Positions 29,901 through 39,759 of a DNA stretch of 64,000 nt are shown piece by piece (positions within the stretch are counted from its first letter, which is position 1; each line of letters starts with the position of its first letter). The stretch lies in the IMG/VR virus record IMGVR_UViG_3300022661_000051; one strand, 5' to 3'. The stretch comes from a virus. Lineage: Duplodnaviria > Caudoviricetes. The position numbers were made by a program, and so were the translations under genes. Under the pieces are notes generated by a model, which was given only the letters and a program-made list of their open reading frames with translations, was not told the DNA's origin and did no database searches.

Positions 29901-32051
29901 AGGAAGAGGATCCTTATCTCCAATACTCTCGGAATTAGAAATAAGTTCTTTAACAGTCTTACCTTTAACTGTCTTTTCTCTGAATCTATCATTAAGCTGA
30001 TTGATACGAGATGTTCTTGTAGCAGATGCTTTGATTTCGCTATTTTCTTCATCAGATATATCCTGAATAATATTAGCGATGTATTCTTTTTGATCAAGAC
30101 TATCTATAGCAGACTCTACAGAATCTGAAGAATCAGCAACGTCTTTAATAGCAGCTACAACTTCTGCTTTCTTAGCATCAATATCCTGTTTGTTTTCACT
30201 CTTAGAATTATCTCCCTTAACAGGAGCCATATCTTTACTGAGTTCGTTTCTACTCTTACCTGTTAGATTATAGAGCTGAACTTTCTGTGTAGTTTCGATT
30301 CTATCAATAATATCTGTAACGATAGCGTCAGGAGTATCCTTTATTAAATCGTCAGACTCAATAGGAGAATTGTTGATTATACGGTTAATGTTCTCCATAA
30401 ATCTAGAAAGGAACTTCTTTTCGAACTTATCAAGCTCAAGTTTGAAATAACCATTAGTTCCGAAGAAAATAAACGTAAATTGTTTAATCGCTCCTATTGA
30501 AGCTAAATTGTCCTTCCTCAGCTTACGTACTAAGACCGATATAGGATTGACTGATTTCGTATAATCGAATATATCACGATTTTCCTTGTACCAATCCATA
30601 ACAGGTACGAATATTGTGTTAGAGCGGTATCCTGCCTTCTTAAAACGGTCTTGGTTCGTAACACGATTTAAAAAGTCGAGATACAAATCGATACCTCTAT
30701 CTCTTGTGTAAGCATTATTATTGAAGAAAGCTTTATTATAGTATGAAGTATCGAAGAAGAGATTCATTCCCTTATACTGAGAAATATTAAGCTTAGTATT
30801 CTTAATAACTGGACAACTTTCTTTAATAATTTGATATATATCGAGCACATCCTTCTGATTCTTCAATCTTTCAGGAAACAGCATTTTTTTGAGGATAGCA
30901 TCATGTTTAGCATCCTCTTCAAATATATCATCAAAGACTATAGCGTTAGTTGCAGTTCTTAAATATGAATTACAAAGCATAATCTCGTCCATCATACAAT
31001 ATTCATTCATAGGTGCGGATACGATATCTACATCTTCGATCGGAATTGTTAAAGTATCTTTATTCTTTGAAACAAGTCCAGAGAATGATAATTTTTTGAG
31101 TTGCTGTTTAAGAATAATCTCAAGTTTAACGGCAACTTTAGACATTATAACTTCATTAGTTCCAATACACTTAACGTCTAAGAATTTGACTTTATTATTA
31201 TACAGAAGATATCTTCTTGTATTGAGAATCATTGCAGTTATAACATCATCTTCATTTTGAAGATCTCCCATAGATTTACAGTATACATAGCACTGAAGAT
31301 TCTTGTCTCGAAGATTCTTTTCACAATATGAAAAACCAGAGAGTTCTTTATCGACATACGCCATATTCATATACTTTATATTACTCAATGAAGGATAGAA
31401 ATAGTCGTTCTCTTCTGCATAATAGAATTCACTACAACGTTTCATTTTTTCATTAATATCATTCTTATTATTAAAAGCAACCACCTCTACGTCACGATAG
31501 GTAGTGTATTCTTTTATAGCTTTATAATACTTAGAGAATCTGTTCTTCTCTCCAACTTCAAGATCGGTAATCTCAAAATCATCGAGTTTCTTAATAATAT
31601 TTTTAGCAAGAGTTTCTTCATCTTCCGGATCAACATGGTTAAACATTCGGATGGCAGCTCTTACATGTTCTTCATCATTTAATGGGAACTTTCTCTTAGA
31701 CGGAACTCCAAAGTTCTTATCAGGAATTCCTTTTCTTTTATTGGCAGATAACTTACCCTCAGTAAGACACATATTAATAGAGTCCACTATAGGATCATAG
31801 TCGTACTCCACGCCAACAACATTATTTTCTGTTGTTATAATAGTATTAATAGACTTTTCAATATAATATGACTTAAACCAGTGTCTGTTAATAACAGAAG
31901 TTGAGTTGATCATATTAATAGAAGATTCAATATTTGGTGTTAAAAGGGTAACTACGCTACCCTTATTCTTATCTTCCGACGTAGTTGGAATGATAAGCTT
32001 ATTATTAGAATTATACATCTTAAGATGCTTAAGCTCATGTACATGAATCAT
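26940..32051 (-). CDS. virion RNA polymerase beta subunit, N-terminal/middle part, with long N-terminal extension
   Basis: HDDPFREAMSFTQ, EGFEDSCAVS, GDKL..QKGV and SFDKRM beta motifs. Late promoter 32080. Start reassigned to MIHVHEL. Confidence 0.85.
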   Translation of the reverse strand: MIHVHELKHLKMYNSNNKLIIPTTSEDKNKGSVVTLLTPNIESSINMINSTSVINRHWFKSYYIEKSINTIITTENNVVGVEYDYDPIVDSINMCLTEGKLSANKRKGIPDKNFGVPSKRKFPLNDEEHVRAAIRMFNHVDPEDEETLAKNIIKKLDDFEITDLEVGEKNRFSKYYKAIKEYTTYRDVEVVAFNNKNDINEKMKRCSEFYYAEENDYFYPSLSNIKYMNMAYVDKELSGFSYCEKNLRDKNLQCYVYCKSMGDLQNEDDVITAMILNTRRYLLYNNKVKFLDVKCIGTNEVIMSKVAVKLEIILKQQLKKLSFSGLVSKNKDTLTIPIEDVDIVSAPMNEYCMMDEIMLCNSYLRTATNAIVFDDIFEEDAKHDAILKKMLFPERLKNQKDVLDIYQIIKESCPVIKNTKLNISQYKGMNLFFDTSYYNKAFFNNNAYTRDRGIDLYLDFLNRVTNQDRFKKAGYRSNTIFVPVMDWYKENRDIFDYTKSVNPISVLVRKLRKDNLASIGAIKQFTFIFFGTNGYFKLELDKFEKKFLSRFMENINRIINNSPIESDDLIKDTPDAIVTDIIDRIETTQKVQLYNLTGKSRNELSKDMAPVKGDNSKSENKQDIDAKKAEVVAAIKDVADSSDSVESAIDSLDQKEYIANIIQDISDEENSEIKASATRTSRINQLNDRFREKTVKGKTVKELISNSESIGDKDPLPTTKININSINADQWDNLQYINFNKSYNVDEDIMAILAFFGTRTIPVSVRDVKVEDTSTSEDLIETWTVQMEDIKGTRFTLKFDIPKFKNNRFMRLRGNDKTINGQLMNLPIIKTEKDVCQITTNYNKIFFRIFGTTFGKSNIVSDLLSKALGKYTGNKIKIKIGSNAFGALKYDLPLDYIDFGSQYSTISYGDTTFYFDQDEIRSKYEKEINYSKGIPVGYNSSEKYVIYMDKNDRFFSDKLRGVLIKDPEFEAIYNEVKPSSRCSYSKASIMNTTIPVIVVAAYCEGLTKSLNKAGIKYEIRDKREKRPRESYDCIKFKDAFLYYEIDYSSSLLMNGLKECNTEDYSIKDIDTKSMWTEMLDIFGGRIKADGLDNFYNLMFDPITIRTCEAYNLPSDFCSALFYASNLLTDSKFNKHVDITGNRFRTNELIAGYTYKALSESYADYHTKMKKTGKAVMTIKQSAIVDKVLTDNTTSDASTINDLCYAEAANTVSFKGLSGMNSERSYSLDKRTYDKSMNGILAMSTGFASTVGETRQTTVNMNISGKRGYIKDTADNKDIMNDVNTTCIAEALTPLSTTHDDPFREAMSFTQRTKHDMRVAGGDPLLITNGMDDALSNFTPDYFSINAKMDGKVVEKTSDHIVVKYKDGSIEYVDLNNKVYKNSDGGFYTSIKLKPADKLGSTVKTGDLIAYDPMSYTTGIGYDDNATYNQGTIAKIAILTTDEGFEDSCAVSRYMSNALSSNVVTKVDVNLSKNTNVYNLVKVGQKIEEGEPLMVMQNAFEDDDVNVLLKNLVDDEETVTSLGRIPIKSHNTGVIEDIKIYRTVEIDELSPSLQKIVKDYENSQNRIRKTIEKYDPEKAKEYVSDYRLDSTGKLKNVDEGVLIEIYVSYKDDFSIGDKLIILGAQKGVAKEVFDPGNEPRSSYRDNEVIDCLVSMVSFDKRMITAPLQYTLAYKFLVELDRQVKDIMGIKQDYNIHHPDLEVEE

Positions 32052-32202
32052 ATAGGTTTCCCCTTTCACTTTTATAAATTATTAAAATGTTCCGTTTAGC
32101 CGATTTTACCCCTGTAAATCTTAAGTATTTGGTTTATATATTATTTCTATGACTGAACGCACAAGTTCAGTCGTGACCAAAAAAATAAAGGAGGTTCAAA
32201 TA

Positions 32203-33066
32203 TTGGTCAAAAAAATAAAGAGGAATATGCAGGTCATTGCGTATGCCTCATGTATGCTGATAACAGCAGCAATCCTCTTTTGGGGTGCTGCTAAAACTCA
32301 GCATACAGTAGAAGAAACTGCTGCAGGAACAGGCGGAGAACCTGCGGTAGTTCAAACTATAGGTCCGCCACCATACGAGAGCTTCGGTATGCTAAAGGCA
32401 AACGCTGCCGAGCTCTCAAACAATGTTGCTGGTGCTATATCGCAAATAATGCCAGCAACGACGGATGTTGTAACAACAACTACTACAACTACGGTTGTTA
32501 CAACAACTACATATGAAGTCCCAGTGTACGGGATCTCTAAGACAGAGGCTATGAATGGCTCTGTCGAGGATAGAGAGAAGTACATATGGGACTTCTTTGT
32601 TAAAAAAGGCTACGACGAAGTAGCCATTTCTGGTATTCTCGGCAATATGCTTGTCGAGGATCCGACCCTAACAGGGTCAAATCGTTCCGTCGGAATGAAC
32701 GACGGAACATTCACTGATGGGATCATTCAGTGGGATCCCTTCAGTAAACACCAGACATGGGCAAACAACCATGGCTGGGAGTGGTACGATCTCGAGGGAC
32801 AACTCGAGCACGTACACGAAATGATTCTCGGCGATGACTGGGCCGAGAATCGCGTAAACGGTATCGTTGGTTACGAATACCAAAACAGTGGTATCGTTTA
32901 TGTTTACATAGACGGGACAGAGTTCCCGTCAGAATGCGGCAACGTTGCTCAGGCGACAGTCGCATTTGAAAGGGGAATTGAAGGATCCTGCTCCTGGAGT
33001 CGAGATCGTTGCGATTCCCGAATAAAACTCGCCTACGAGATATACGATAAACTCTCTGGGCGATAA
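32203..33066 (+). CDS. membrane-anchored phage-tail-lysozyme-like muramidase with Thr-rich linker
   Basis: N-terminal TM, T-rich linker, AISGILGNMLVE, GIIQW, EGQL and AFERGIE..RIKLAYEIY motifs. TTG start after GGAGG. Early promoter. Confidence 0.7.
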   Translation: MVKKIKRNMQVIAYASCMLITAAILFWGAAKTQHTVEETAAGTGGEPAVVQTIGPPPYESFGMLKANAAELSNNVAGAISQIMPATTDVVTTTTTTTVVTTTTYEVPVYGISKTEAMNGSVEDREKYIWDFFVKKGYDEVAISGILGNMLVEDPTLTGSNRSVGMNDGTFTDGIIQWDPFSKHQTWANNHGWEWYDLEGQLEHVHEMILGDDWAENRVNGIVGYEYQNSGIVYVYIDGTEFPSECGNVAQATVAFERGIEGSCSWSRDRCDSRIKLAYEIYDKLSGR

Positions 33067-33093
33067 AATATAATAAGAAAAAAGGAGGTTCTT

Positions 33094-33420
33094 ATGAAAA
33101 AGGGTATTGAGTTATTATATACAATAGGCTGGGTCGGAGGCCTGTTGTATGTAGGCTCACTCTTTGGAGTGGGCAATGCATTAATTGCATTAGGAGCGGT
33201 TGTATTATTCTACTTTAGTCAGCAGATTTATCTGCTGATATTTGGTAACAATAATACCGCTACCACCAACAACGCAACAATTAATGAAGAGGAGTATGAA
33301 GTTAAGAAACTCCCTCTTCGCAAAAATAAAAAGGTTCCTCTCGAAGAGGAACCTGAATATGAAGATGACGATGTGCAGAAGCACCGTCGTCATGCACTGT
33401 TCGACTCATTTAACAAGTGA
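33094..33420 (+). CDS. small membrane protein
   Basis: Two N-terminal hydrophobic helices, AAGGAGG RBS. Confidence 0.65.
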   Translation: MKKGIELLYTIGWVGGLLYVGSLFGVGNALIALGAVVLFYFSQQIYLLIFGNNNTATTNNATINEEEYEVKKLPLRKNKKVPLEEEPEYEDDDVQKHRRHALFDSFNK

Positions 33421-33461
33421 GTCGAACAAAAAGGGAGGCGTACATGCCTCCCTTATTTTTT

Positions 33462-36221
33462 TTATTTCATTTCATCATAATAACTCCATATAATATTACC
33501 AGGAACTGATATATCTCCGTTATCATTCTTAAGAAGAATTACATCGCATTCACTTTGAGGAAGTTCAGTATTGTGACTTATAAGTACACACTGAGTAGCA
33601 TTTATAAGATTCATAAGACTATAGAGTACATTGAAAAACTCCAATCTATTATGACCATCAAATGGAGCATCGATTTCATCTCCAACGATAATGTTTAATT
33701 TTGTAGAAGTTTGACTTAAAAGAGATATAGATATAACCATAGATATCAATGCTATCTGAGCAGATGACATACTTGATACATCCATATGATTAAGCCCACC
33801 CTCTACAGCTACAGGTATATTAAACTCTGTTTCTGTTATGTTAAATGGAAGTAATGTAAAGATCCCTCCAAATAATGTAGATAATATCTCATTAGCTTTA
33901 TCAAGCATCTTATTCAGATACATTCCGATGAATACCATCTGAATACCATTCTTTGTAGGAGAAGAATATTTCTTAAGAGTTTCTACCTTATCGAACATAG
34001 TCTTAAATTCAGCAAGCTCTTTATTATACTGAACTGCTATAGACATATTATACTTAAGCGACTCTCTACGATTAAGAAGAGGCGTAAGCTCTCTATCAGT
34101 TGTTACGATAACGTCAGCAGCTTCTTTAATTATATTTTTATATTCATTGTATTTTGATATCTTAGTTTTGTTATCGTCAAGATACTTTTCAAGTTCGGAT
34201 ATTTTTATTCGAAGATCAATCATCTCGACACATGTAGATTTTATTTTACTAAGATATTCAATATCTTCCGAGATAACTTCAATATCTTTACTTCTTTTAT
34301 TTCTCTCATCAGTAATCGCTTCCATCTTTTTAACATCTTCGTCAAGCTTCTTTCTAATATTAGAAATATCCTTCTGAAGTATTTCAACAAACTCAGCCTG
34401 AGACTTGAGAGACTTTATAGTGTAGCAGATATCGGTATGAGCTTCTTTAAGCTTTTTATACTCTTCAAAGTTATTTGAGCCATCCAAGTATGTAGAGAAG
34501 ATATCCATATATGAATCAAATGTTTTCTTGCTTAAAAAGTATACCATGTGGGTTAAGTCGCCATTTATTATATTCTTAACAGGTTCGTTAAGAACGGGTA
34601 TCTTAGCGATTGTAGCGTAATTAGAACGTAAAGCTATCTTAATTTCTTTTAAGAACTCTCTACATCTAATATCAGCTTCAATTCGTGCAAGCTCCAATTC
34701 ATAATTCTTTTTAGGAAGAAGGTTTTTTATTTTTTTAGATGCTTCCATAGCAGTTTTGATAAACGGACAATCGGCATTTTCACAATTGACCGGTTTCTTA
34801 TCAAGAACTTTAGCAAGGTCTGTATTCATTTCAATGGTTCGAATGTTATCCTCTACCTTTCTTTTATCTTCCTTTAACCTTACAATAGATTCGTCAAATT
34901 TAGTATTATCTATACCTCTAAGATACTCTATTGTTATATCTCCATATGTTCGACAGTATTCGGCTACTTTATTCTTAATCTCAATAAGATTAATATACAG
35001 GCATTCAAAATCCTCTTGAGTCATAGACTCGATATCAATATCAAGACGACCGATATGTTCCTTTAGATATTTCATTCGCTCTTCATAATTCTTTTTCATC
35101 TCGATAGCCTGAGAATATGAGGTGCCGTTAGTAATAGCTTCGAGTTTGGTTGTTTTAGCTTGAAGTTCAGCAGCGTCGACTTCTCTGTCTTTAAGAAGAG
35201 CTTCAGCTTCTTTATTAAGACTATCGATTTTATTCTCATGATCACGTTTCAAACTTTCCAAACTAAACACTTTATCATCTATATCTTTAATATAAGCTTC
35301 TATGAGTAAACAAAAATTGTTCGGTTGAGAAGGGTAAACATTTGGAAATTCGAGATCTTCATATTTATTGTATATGAAATTGCTTAACTTAACAGCTTCC
35401 TTGTACTTTAAATTTAACGCATTTCGATACTGTTCAAGATTAATATTATATTGATCTACTCTTTCAAAGAATGACAGATCCGGATTTATCTCTCTAATAG
35501 AACCTTCTGCAGCGCTTTTAGTTTTGAGAGCTTCTGTATTTCGACGGGAAATATCCTTAATTTTATTATTAAGAGATACAAGTTCCATCTCTATCGTTTC
35601 AGCATTACCGATAGAATTTATCTTGCTTATGATAGTCTGCATTAATCCTTTATATGTAGATGACTTCTTGTTAAGAGTTTTGTATATATTATTATACACT
35701 TCTGTAGATGTCAAGATACTGTTGACATACTTCTTTCTATCCGCAGGTCTCTGATCAGCAAGACCTCTTTTATTAGTAGAAAGCTGACATAGAGATATAT
35801 AATTTGGATCGAGTTGAAACTCTTCATATATTATATCTCTACACGAACTGATATTACCACTAGGATTAAGATCAATCTGTGATCCGTCGTTTAGATTAAT
35901 CTTATACACATGTCCCTTTGTAGTTAAACGTTCTCCATTATTAATATTAATCGGGTGTTCGAATTGAAGAAAGTATATAATATTAGTGTATTCATCAAAG
36001 TACTCAATTTCTTTGAATGCTGTTTTACCAGGAATGAATTCTTTATTATCATCAGGTAACGGTTTAAGTGATCTTTCTATAGTAGACTTGCCAGAGCCAT
36101 TGTCGCCTCTGAGAAGTATAATCCTATTCTTACATTTTGTAAAGTCAATTTCGATATGGGTTCTACCCATACCGTTATAAATTCCTCCATAGTTTACGAG
36201 CTTCAGCCTACGTAATAACAT
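33462..36221 (-). CDS. sbcC: SbcC/Rad50-like SMC ATPase
   Basis: GDNGSGKST Walker A, coiled coil with CENADCPF hook, MSSAQ signature, IVGDEID Walker B, ISH. Confidence 0.9.
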   Translation of the reverse strand: MLLRRLKLVNYGGIYNGMGRTHIEIDFTKCKNRIILLRGDNGSGKSTIERSLKPLPDDNKEFIPGKTAFKEIEYFDEYTNIIYFLQFEHPININNGERLTTKGHVYKINLNDGSQIDLNPSGNISSCRDIIYEEFQLDPNYISLCQLSTNKRGLADQRPADRKKYVNSILTSTEVYNNIYKTLNKKSSTYKGLMQTIISKINSIGNAETIEMELVSLNNKIKDISRRNTEALKTKSAAEGSIREINPDLSFFERVDQYNINLEQYRNALNLKYKEAVKLSNFIYNKYEDLEFPNVYPSQPNNFCLLIEAYIKDIDDKVFSLESLKRDHENKIDSLNKEAEALLKDREVDAAELQAKTTKLEAITNGTSYSQAIEMKKNYEERMKYLKEHIGRLDIDIESMTQEDFECLYINLIEIKNKVAEYCRTYGDITIEYLRGIDNTKFDESIVRLKEDKRKVEDNIRTIEMNTDLAKVLDKKPVNCENADCPFIKTAMEASKKIKNLLPKKNYELELARIEADIRCREFLKEIKIALRSNYATIAKIPVLNEPVKNIINGDLTHMVYFLSKKTFDSYMDIFSTYLDGSNNFEEYKKLKEAHTDICYTIKSLKSQAEFVEILQKDISNIRKKLDEDVKKMEAITDERNKRSKDIEVISEDIEYLSKIKSTCVEMIDLRIKISELEKYLDDNKTKISKYNEYKNIIKEAADVIVTTDRELTPLLNRRESLKYNMSIAVQYNKELAEFKTMFDKVETLKKYSSPTKNGIQMVFIGMYLNKMLDKANEILSTLFGGIFTLLPFNITETEFNIPVAVEGGLNHMDVSSMSSAQIALISMVISISLLSQTSTKLNIIVGDEIDAPFDGHNRLEFFNVLYSLMNLINATQCVLISHNTELPQSECDVILLKNDNGDISVPGNIIWSYYDEMK

Positions 36222-36274
36222 ACGATTAGACCTCCTAATTAGTATATTTGTATTATATAGTTTTTCATTCTATA

Positions 36275-36363
36275 AAAAACGAATGGAAGTGGGCTCAGGT
36301 GTATACCTGAGCCCCAATTATGAAGAAACAACAAATAAAAAAATTCACCATTTAATTGCTGTC
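36275..36363 (-). ncRNA. putative small RNA N4 (about 90 nt)
   Basis: Promoter 36363-36374, hairpin 36291-36314, U-rich body ending in UUUCUUCAUAA. Confidence 0.55.
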
Positions 36364-36389
36364 ACTATATAGTTAGTATTGTGTTAAAA

Positions 36390-36581
36390 ATATAATTTCG
36401 CAGCACTTAGTCCCAGGGCTCCGCTTCCCTGGGACTAGGCCAAAAACTTATGAAAAGAAGTATAAAATGTATTTTTCAGGAGATTCAAAAATGAAATCCG
36501 AGGGGCTTCACGCACACCATCTGTGAGGCTCCTTTACCATGAACAATAATGGAAGAAGACTATAACCCGATCATCTTCTTC
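36390..36581 (-). ncRNA. putative small RNA N3 (about 190 nt)
   Basis: Promoter 36581-36592, four 5' hairpins, anti-SD/anti-AUG tracts, GC hairpin 36406-36439. Confidence 0.6.
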
Positions 36582-36602
36582 AATATATTGTTCACAATAT
36601 GT

Positions 36603-36833
36603 TCAAATAAAATCATATGTTTTATCAAAAAGATACTGAATAGTCTTCGGATCATAGATTAATGGACGAGGTTCTGAACCAGTCCAATCTATTATATATT
36701 TAGCATGACATTTTTTGCATACAAATTGAACGACCTCTTTGTGGTGAGTCGTTTCAAAAGCAAGATTATTACTCTTACATTTCATACAAAATTTTTCTCC
36801 AACTTTTATAAAGGCTTTCATAACGATCATCAC
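36603..36833 (-). CDS. small zinc-ribbon protein
   Basis: CMKC...CKKC. Confidence 0.6.
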   Translation of the reverse strand: MMIVMKAFIKVGEKFCMKCKSNNLAFETTHHKEVVQFVCKKCHAKYIIDWTGSEPRPLIYDPKTIQYLFDKTYDFI

Positions 36834-36877
36834 CTTTCGCGTAAGATATATGAGGAGCGGAATTCGCTCCTCATATA

Positions 36878-37291
36878 TTAGTTCGCATCTTGTTCATTAT
36901 CGACATCTGAAGACTCGTATTGTGCACATTCAGAATCGTTCTCTGTCATTTTTGAGCAATCATCCGAACCGCTGTATTTATTTATTATCGATTCGATATC
37001 AATACTAAATCTTTCTTTAGCCACAACACAGAGAATCTCATAAACACCTACTGAAGAGAGTCCTACAAATATAAGCGATATAACCTTGGAAACATTGTCT
37101 CTATCATCAAAAGTACCAGGTATCGCGAAACCTAGGCATATAGACACAATAATATTTATGTAAGGTATACACTTATTAGGAATTCTCTTAAAGGTACCTT
37201 TAATCAGTGTTCCCAGAGCCAGGCAAGCTAGAAGTATAGTGATAGCGTTACCGATAAATAACTCAGATATAGCAGAAGTTATGGCATCCAT
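36878..37291 (-). CDS. holin
   Basis: Three TM helices, LGTLIK..IPNKCIP..GLSSVGVYE pattern, late promoter 37316. Confidence 0.7.
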   Translation of the reverse strand: MDAITSAISELFIGNAITILLACLALGTLIKGTFKRIPNKCIPYINIIVSICLGFAIPGTFDDRDNVSKVISLIFVGLSSVGVYEILCVVAKERFSIDIESIINKYSGSDDCSKMTENDSECAQYESSDVDNEQDAN

Positions 37292-37363
37292 AATTTGCAC
37301 TCCTTTCCGCTTTTTTACTATAATGTTAAAAAAATAAACGGGAGGGCTGACCCTCCCGTAAAT

Positions 37364-37729
37364 TTATTTCTTAACGAATTCACTATCAATATCGGTAACC
37401 GGAGTTAACTGTGAAGACGTAAGAACAGATCCTCTGTCTTCACCGAAAACTCTTCTAAGGGCATTGTTTAATTTTATAGAACATTCTGTGAATGGAAATG
37501 CTCGGTAGTATCCATTAGTAGGATCTATATAAAGTGGCTGATAGCATGATGTGCAGTACCCGACACACTTATAAGATATACCTTCTACCGAGATAGGGTT
37601 ACCGTTTTTACCGATACGGAGTTCATTCATTTCTGACTCAACTACTTTTACTATACCGTTACAGTGTGGACATCCACCTGGGTCGATATGACGTATAAGT
37701 CGTCCCAAGCTCAGATTGTTATTATTCAT
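37364..37729 (-). CDS. zinc-ribbon protein
   Basis: CPHC...CTSC. Confidence 0.6.
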   Translation of the reverse strand: MNNNNLSLGRLIRHIDPGGCPHCNGIVKVVESEMNELRIGKNGNPISVEGISYKCVGYCTSCYQPLYIDPTNGYYRAFPFTECSIKLNNALRRVFGEDRGSVLTSSQLTPVTDIDSEFVKK

Positions 37730-37740
37730 AATACGCCCTC

Positions 37741-37998
37741 CTATTCAGGATCGGTATATCTGATTTTTCTGATATCGCCAGAAATTACAACTTTCGCATC
37801 AGGATACTGACTATAATATGCTGATGGGTCGCGGACGATTTTAGTAAAAGACTTACCAGTGCCAGAAACGAAAACCTGACCGGGTTTATAATTTTTATTT
37901 CCCATTTTTACCTCGATTTCTTTAGTCTGTTCAAGGGCAGTCAATGAGAACATGAAATATCTGTGATTAATATCATGAGTTGCAGAAGAGTTGTTCAT
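37741..37998 (-). CDS. hypothetical protein
   Basis: Overlaps the stop codon of the RNAP gene (ATGA), 85 aa. Confidence 0.65.
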   Translation of the reverse strand: MNNSSATHDINHRYFMFSLTALEQTKEIEVKMGNKNYKPGQVFVSGTGKSFTKIVRDPSAYYSQYPDAKVVISGDIRKIRYTDPE

Positions 37999-39758
37999 AT
38001 ATAATAGCCCCTTTCAAGCATAATTGTTCCGCTACCCTCTAATGGATAACCTGCAATTACATCATCTATAAGCTCGGTCTCTACCTGAGGATCGAGAATC
38101 TGATGTACAAGTTCTCTGTTAGATATAGCGACATTCAAGTTTTCAGATTCGTCAGTACCAAGAAGATCATTCTTAGCCTTAAAAATCTCTACTATATTGT
38201 TCGCCCTTCTATACTCATCCATGATACCATCAATATTCTTTTCCCAATGATTTGGTTCACTGAATTCAGATAAAGAATATGAATCTCCATACACATCTGC
38301 ATATGGACACAATATTCCAGACATTCCTGGATCTGTATTCGAAGAATTGTCTTTGTCTACTCTTCCAAGATGAGATGCATTTACGAGTCTATACTTATTT
38401 GGCACTGCAGATGTCTTCTTTTCACCGATACCTGCAATACCTTTATAAGTAAATTTCAACACATTCAACGCATCATTATCATTGACAGAATTCTTGTATG
38501 GTACAAGTTTACATCTCTTAAGCTGATCGAGCAGATAATTGTAATTGATACTAACAGCCTGCACCAACTTCTCGATAGTAAATTTGTTTCCGAGGTTAGA
38601 CAGACTATTTATATTTGTTGAAAGCTTCATCGCATAAAGACTTGCAATATACTCAGCGTAGCGGATACGCTTAGTTGAGATATTACAGTTATCCTTAGCA
38701 ATCAAAGCCTGGAACTCATACATTATCCAGCGTATTACTGAATATACGCTGTCTTTCTGATCATCTGGAAGATGAAGAAACTCATTAGTAGCAATGTCTA
38801 TACTATGATTTAAAGAATCGAGAATAGCCATACCCTGAGTTTCGTTATTATAACTGTTTCCAGCTCTTGTTTTATATTCATTAGAGAGCTTGATCTTCCA
38901 ATACCAGTTTCCGAACATTTCATTTATCGGTTCTTCCTTGTAATTGGATATAATTGTATATACCAAGCTCTGTGCTACCGGATTAGCATCGTATATCATT
39001 TTAGGAATGCTCACATACAATCCGTTTTTACTGTCAAAGCAGTAGAACTTTGGATCTTCGTATGGAGTATCACTTATATAGATATCGTTAACACGCAAGA
39101 AATTCATCGTTCCATATATACCGAATTCAGCAAGGAAATACTTGATTGTACTAAATCTCTTTCCGAACATTTCGGAAATAAAACATTTACAATCAACAGA
39201 ATCCTTTTCGATTGTCTGGAGTTTGAAGTTCTTCAAGTATGTTGTAATCTTAGCCGACTGCGATTTAAAAGAAACCGCAGCATCGGCCTTCTTATTATTG
39301 CTAGACGAATTATTGTATGTGCTTCCGTCTACAATCTGATAATATGCCGAATACATACATCCAGATATATAGAAATAGTATTTATCTACTATTCTAGGTA
39401 TTGATATATATATCGTAATATTTCTACCTTCGCCACCAACTTCAAGATAGTAGTTTACTTCAAGAAGTGTGATAGCGGAGTCCTTAAGATCGATATAATC
39501 GTATTTATTTATCTTAATACGTTTATTCTTTCTTTTAGACTCAAGATTATGAAGAATACCATAGATCTCTCTATAGTCATCGATTACTCGATACCCTGTC
39601 ACCTTAATGGTGAAAAACTTGTCTCTTTGAGCGGAGAGAAGAACTTTGATTACATGATTTATAATATGCTCTTCTTTTCTATCAAAGAGGATTGGATTAA
39701 AGCGTTCTCTATGAGTTTTGTTATACTCACTTAAGAACTTTGCCATCATTGACGACAT
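37995..39758 (-). CDS. non-virion RNA polymerase beta subunit, N-terminal part
   Basis: IPRIVDKYYFYISG..YQIVD and RLVNASHLGRVD..SSNTDPGMSGILCP beta-N motifs; early operon. Confidence 0.85.
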   Translation of the reverse strand: MSSMMAKFLSEYNKTHRERFNPILFDRKEEHIINHVIKVLLSAQRDKFFTIKVTGYRVIDDYREIYGILHNLESKRKNKRIKINKYDYIDLKDSAITLLEVNYYLEVGGEGRNITIYISIPRIVDKYYFYISGCMYSAYYQIVDGSTYNNSSSNNKKADAAVSFKSQSAKITTYLKNFKLQTIEKDSVDCKCFISEMFGKRFSTIKYFLAEFGIYGTMNFLRVNDIYISDTPYEDPKFYCFDSKNGLYVSIPKMIYDANPVAQSLVYTIISNYKEEPINEMFGNWYWKIKLSNEYKTRAGNSYNNETQGMAILDSLNHSIDIATNEFLHLPDDQKDSVYSVIRWIMYEFQALIAKDNCNISTKRIRYAEYIASLYAMKLSTNINSLSNLGNKFTIEKLVQAVSINYNYLLDQLKRCKLVPYKNSVNDNDALNVLKFTYKGIAGIGEKKTSAVPNKYRLVNASHLGRVDKDNSSNTDPGMSGILCPYADVYGDSYSLSEFSEPNHWEKNIDGIMDEYRRANNIVEIFKAKNDLLGTDESENLNVAISNRELVHQILDPQVETELIDDVIAGYPLEGSGTIMLERGYYI

Positions 39759-39759
39759 T

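Noticed and set aside
32174-32224. Short direct repeat CAAAAAAATAAAG(G)AGG
   Set aside because: Two copies only, around an RBS; likely a local duplication.
36320-36526. Plus-strand mini-ORFs (MKKQQ.., MKRSI.., MKSEG..)
   Set aside because: 11-14 codons with no plus-strand promoter; promoter orientation favours minus-strand RNAs. Not fully excluded.
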